Source: Cyanobacteriota bacterium
GTDB taxonomy: Bacteria; Cyanobacteriota; Cyanobacteriia; Cyanobacteriales; Microcoleaceae
DNA length: 20,515 bases
Direction of reading: 5' to 3'
Assembly (NCBI GenBank): GCA_034190295.1
Contig: JAXHSW010000023.1
Coordinates: forward strand, 6,015-26,529
The translations under genes and the position numbers were made by a program. The first letter of the stretch is position 1. Each line of letters opens with the position of its first letter. Positions 16,501 through 20,515 of the stretch are shown here, piece after piece. The notes under the pieces are model-generated. The model saw nothing but the letters and a program-made list of their open reading frames with translations, was not told the DNA's origin and made no database searches.

Positions 16501-17547
16501 ATTGATAGTATTCAGGATTACAGATTTGTCTGGGAGGATAAGACTTTTAATATTGGTGTTAGTATTGGTTTAATTACTCTTAGTCAGGAAAGTCTCAAGC
16601 AGGTAGGTGTTGTAGATGATGTTAATTTGCTCCTCAGTGCTGCTGATGCTGCTTGTTATGTGGCTAAAAATCGAGGTCGAAATCGTTTTCATGTTTACGA
16701 AAGTGACGATTCAGATTTGAAGCAGCAAAAAAATACTATACATTGGGTAACAAAAATTAATCAAGCTTGCGAACAAAATCTTTTCTGTTTGTATTATCAA
16801 CCTGTTGCACTATTGCAAAATTCACATTTGAGTAATTTTTATTATGAGATACTTTTACGCTTGAGAGATGAAACACATAATTTGATTCCGCCAATGGCCT
16901 TTCTTCCGGCAGCAGAAAGATATAATCTGATGCCAACGATCGACCGTTGGGTGATTCAAAACTTTTTTAGTTATTTGTCACAGGTCAAAGGTCAGTTGCA
17001 ACCGTCTTTTGAGAATCTTGACCGTGAGATATGTTTTAGAGGGGAGTCAGATACAAATAAAACAGATACTATTTATGCAATTAATATTTCTGGTGAAACG
17101 GTTAATGATGAGCAATTTATTACTTTTTTACAAGGACAATTAGCCAGGTTTAATATTTCTCCAAAGGCAATATGTTTTGAGATTACTGAGACAGTGGCGA
17201 TCGCTAATCTATCTCAAGCAGCTAAGTTAATTAGACAACTCAAAGATTTGGGTTGTCACTTTGCTCTAGATGACTTTGGTAGTGGTGTGTCTTCTTTTAC
17301 TTATCTGAAAAATTTGCCTGTAGATTACTTAAAAATTGATGGGAGTTTTGTCAAGGATATTGTCAGCGACCCCTTAGATTATGCCATAGTTGAAGGAATG
17401 AATCGGATTGGCCATGTGATGGGTCTCAAAACGATCGCTGAGTTTGTGAGTAATCGTGCTATCTTAGAGAAAATTAAGACTATAGGAGTAGACTATGGTC
17501 AAGGTTATGGAATTGCTTATCCACAACCCTTAGATGTGCCAGATTAG
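13588..17547 (+). CDS. Membrane-anchored multi-sensor c-di-GMP signalling protein: N-terminal 3-4 TM domain, then PAS/PAC, GAF, and two more PAS modules, then GGDEF and EAL
   Basis: 1319 aa. There is an N-terminal hydrophobic module of ~120 aa with conserved His/Cys (HGQCYLW). Several PAS/PAC-like blocks and a GAF-like block follow. The GGDEF domain has DLDRFKIVND, the I-site RQAD, and RIGGDEF. The EAL domain has YYEILLRL (EIL in place of EAL), EITE, NIS, DDFGSGVSSFTY, KIDGSFV, and GQGY. The EGVE position reads EGMN, so phosphodiesterase competence is uncertain. Confidence 0.9.
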   Translation: MWQLIQNIFSPEQLMPHGQCYLWESSLIWLHASSDALTAIAYYSIPLMLVYFVRQRQDVPFRWIFWMFGAFIASCGTVHLIEVWTLWHPAYWLSGGLKAITAIVSLYTAMEMYPLIPQALELPSPSKLTAINKTLESEIKERKDVEEALRKSESQYRGIIEDQTELICRFYPGGVLSFVNHAYCRYFDTTSEEVIGISFYQFLPSFEMVKLQQLLDTLTPEQPAAMNEQMVEMSNGECRWQKWTNRAIFDEDNNLLEYQAVGRDITAIRESERRFQAIFNQTFQFIGLLNPDGTILEANQTFLDFTGLKHEDIVGHFFWQVKWWLAVDDEENPRDIETKHRLAQAQMRKAIALAVKGEFVRYEIMVVGINKQVITIDFSLKPVFNELGQVVLLICEGHDITDRKQAEKQLSILNAELETRVAEQTSQLRLINQACKNRIRQQRAIAQITQEALSGKEVSLLMDEMVQIVAQILDGEYCQILQLLPDGNALLLEAGFGWDEGLVGHAIVETGSDTQAGYTLNSSKPVIVEDFRLETRFRGSQLLRDHGIISGISVIIPGGEKQKPYGILGIHTKMKWWFTQDDVYFLQAVANVLSTALERQQTQDSLRSSEENFRQIAENIREVFWISTLDKSELIYVSPTYKDVWGGSINNLSEWLETVTNSIHPLDRDRFVLSWQKQNRGELTNDEYRIVRPDGENRWIWSRTFPVRDRAGKIYRTVGISEDITPRKQMELALFQEKELAEITLKSIGDGVITTDEKGNVDYLNPIAEKLTGWELSTAQGLPLAEIFQIVDEQDRKPMESPVDIVFRERRIVELASNTLLLARDGQEYAIEDSAAPIKTESDRILGVVLVFRDVTDKRKLTNQIFWQAQHDSLTGLLNRREFEKYLENSLDKVNKYKQVHTLAYIDLDRFKIVNDTCGHKAGDELLRQVTLLLQSQCRQADILARIGGDEFALLLLQCRMNNAQRVVQKLIDSIQDYRFVWEDKTFNIGVSIGLITLSQESLKQVGVVDDVNLLLSAADAACYVAKNRGRNRFHVYESDDSDLKQQKNTIHWVTKINQACEQNLFCLYYQPVALLQNSHLSNFYYEILLRLRDETHNLIPPMAFLPAAERYNLMPTIDRWVIQNFFSYLSQVKGQLQPSFENLDREICFRGESDTNKTDTIYAINISGETVNDEQFITFLQGQLARFNISPKAICFEITETVAIANLSQAAKLIRQLKDLGCHFALDDFGSGVSSFTYLKNLPVDYLKIDGSFVKDIVSDPLDYAIVEGMNRIGHVMGLKTIAEFVSNRAILEKIKTIGVDYGQGYGIAYPQPLDVPD

Positions 17548-17649
17548 GGGATGGGGAGATTAGGAGATGGGGGGATGGGGAGATGGGGAGATGGGGAGAT
17601 TAGGGGATGGGGGGATGGGGAGATGGGGAGATGGTGAGATGGTGAGATT
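17546..17649. repeat. GGGGAGAT / GGGGATG short tandem repeat array immediately after the GGDEF-EAL stop codon
   Basis: ggggatggggagattaggagatggggggatggggagatggggagatggggagattaggggatggggggatggggagatggggagatggtgagatggtgagat. Confidence 0.9.
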
Positions 17650-17712
17650 TAAGTAATTATAGATATTTTCGACATATATTATATAACTGGATTTTATATC
17701 AAGAGTAAGTTT

Positions 17713-17816
17713 TATAATCAGGACTTACGCAAATCAACCTTTTAAACGCCATATGTAGGGGCGAATGGCATTCGCCCTAACTATACTTAGTGCCCGTGCG
17801 TAAGTCCTGATAATAT
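17713..17816. mobile_element. MITE-like mini-element of about 100 bp with 15-bp perfect terminal inverted repeats, enclosing the 19-bp palindrome GGGCGAATGGCATTCGCCC
   Basis: TIRs are atcaggacttacgca (17717-17731) and tgcgtaagtcctgat (17797-17811). The internal palindrome is at 17759-17777. The same 19-mer occurs at 9146-9164 inside the flotillin-1 3' end. Confidence 0.6.
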
Positions 17817-18036
17817 AAACATAAAATTAGTAATAGATTAGTCCGGAAACGAGTCATAAATTGTGTAGCTCACTAAGAAACATCTGGTGAAAATTCAAAA
17901 TAAAATAAATTCTTATCCATTGAGGAAAAATAGAATTATTGCCAAAAAAAATTTTTATCAAAATAATTGGGTTGCGCCACCCCACCTTTTAAGGCGAAAT
18001 CTTTTTGGAGAGTTGCTCAAATTCCCGCCTGCAAAA

Positions 18037-18120
18037 ATAACTTCTGTACGGGTGATTTTCGTTCCGGAATGCTCCTAATTACGCGTAATTAGGAGCATTC
18101 CGTAGGAAATTACCCCTACT
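18037..18120. repeat. Dispersed repeat family C copy containing a 36-bp perfect palindrome (18066-18101: GGAATGCTCCTAATTACGCGTAATTAGGAGCATTCC), ~70 bp upstream of slt
   Basis: I verified the palindrome by reverse-complementing it. A degenerate copy of the same element (ctgtacgggYgatttcc...cgcgtaattaggagcat...taggaaat..cccctact) lies at 6777-6895. Short relatives of the ttcctacggaatgct core are at 810-840 and 5345-5370. Confidence 0.75.
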
Positions 18121-18168
18121 GACTTCGTACCATATCCTCTTTAAAATTAATTAACTAACAATAAGAAA

Positions 18169-20367
<2,199 letters not shown>

Positions 20368-20407
20368 GAAGAAAGAATGAAAAAAGAGGAGGAGAAGGGT
20401 GAGGTAC

Positions 20408-20515
20408 ACCCGTGGCGAGCAAGATGCTCGCACCACAAAAGTTTGATTGGTAGTCTTGCATTGTCCGACAATGTTTGCCTGTGACAACAGTGGGAGCATC
20501 TTGCTCCCGTGCCTG
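20408..20515. repeat. Pair of inverted ~26-bp hairpin-forming copies (cccgtggcgagcaagatgctcgcaccac and cagtgggagcatcttgctcccgtgcctg) around a central small palindrome (CATTGTC-cg-GACAATG). Truncated by the window end.
   Basis: Each copy is itself a 6-bp-stem hairpin (GCGAGC-aagat-GCTCGC and GGGAGC-atctt-GCTCCC). The two copies are also reverse complements of one another. Confidence 0.55.

Noticed and set aside
17887-18078. 63-aa + strand ORF upstream of slt
   Set aside because: It is basic and low-complexity. It runs into the family C palindromic repeat and has no RBS. It is likely an intergenic artefact.

Overview
The window looks like chromosome from a filamentous (Nostocales-like) cyanobacterium. 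The sequence is AT-rich and packed with short tandem heptanucleotide repeats (STRR-like: CTTCCTT/AAGGAAG, GGGGAGT, CAGTTAT, ATAATGG, AATCAGC, GGAGTCA). Several families of ~100 bp dispersed palindromic (MITE-like) repeats also occur, and a 5'-truncated Uma2/DUF820 endonuclease gene sits at the left edge.

I call ten protein genes:
- a partial Uma2 endonuclease (-);
- an N-terminal alpha/beta-hydrolase fused to a large polytopic membrane domain (-);
- an SDR dehydrogenase fused to a PhyH-like Fe/2OG dioxygenase (+);
- a co-directional NfeD–NfeD–flotillin–flotillin block (two short NfeD-like OB-fold membrane proteins followed by two SPFH/flotillin paralogs);
- leucyl aminopeptidase PepA (-, NTDAEGRL signature);
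- a 1319-aa membrane-anchored PAS/GAF/PAS–GGDEF–EAL c-di-GMP signalling protein (+);
- an Slt70-type lytic transglycosylase (+).

I found no rRNA, tRNA or CRISPR.

The observations that most deserve a second look are:
- the duplicated NfeD/flotillin membrane-microdomain cassette, sitting next to two unusual lipid-type enzyme fusions (hydrolase–membrane and SDR–dioxygenase);
- the 3' ends of both flotillin ORFs, which are built from repeat DNA (a GGGGAGT heptamer array plus a 19-bp palindrome that also forms the core of a TIR-bounded mini-element elsewhere in the window);
- repeat modules and CT-rich heptamer leaders that recur immediately upstream of start codons.

I could not do homology searches or RNA folding. 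Every family assignment rests on motifs I read directly from the supplied translations.
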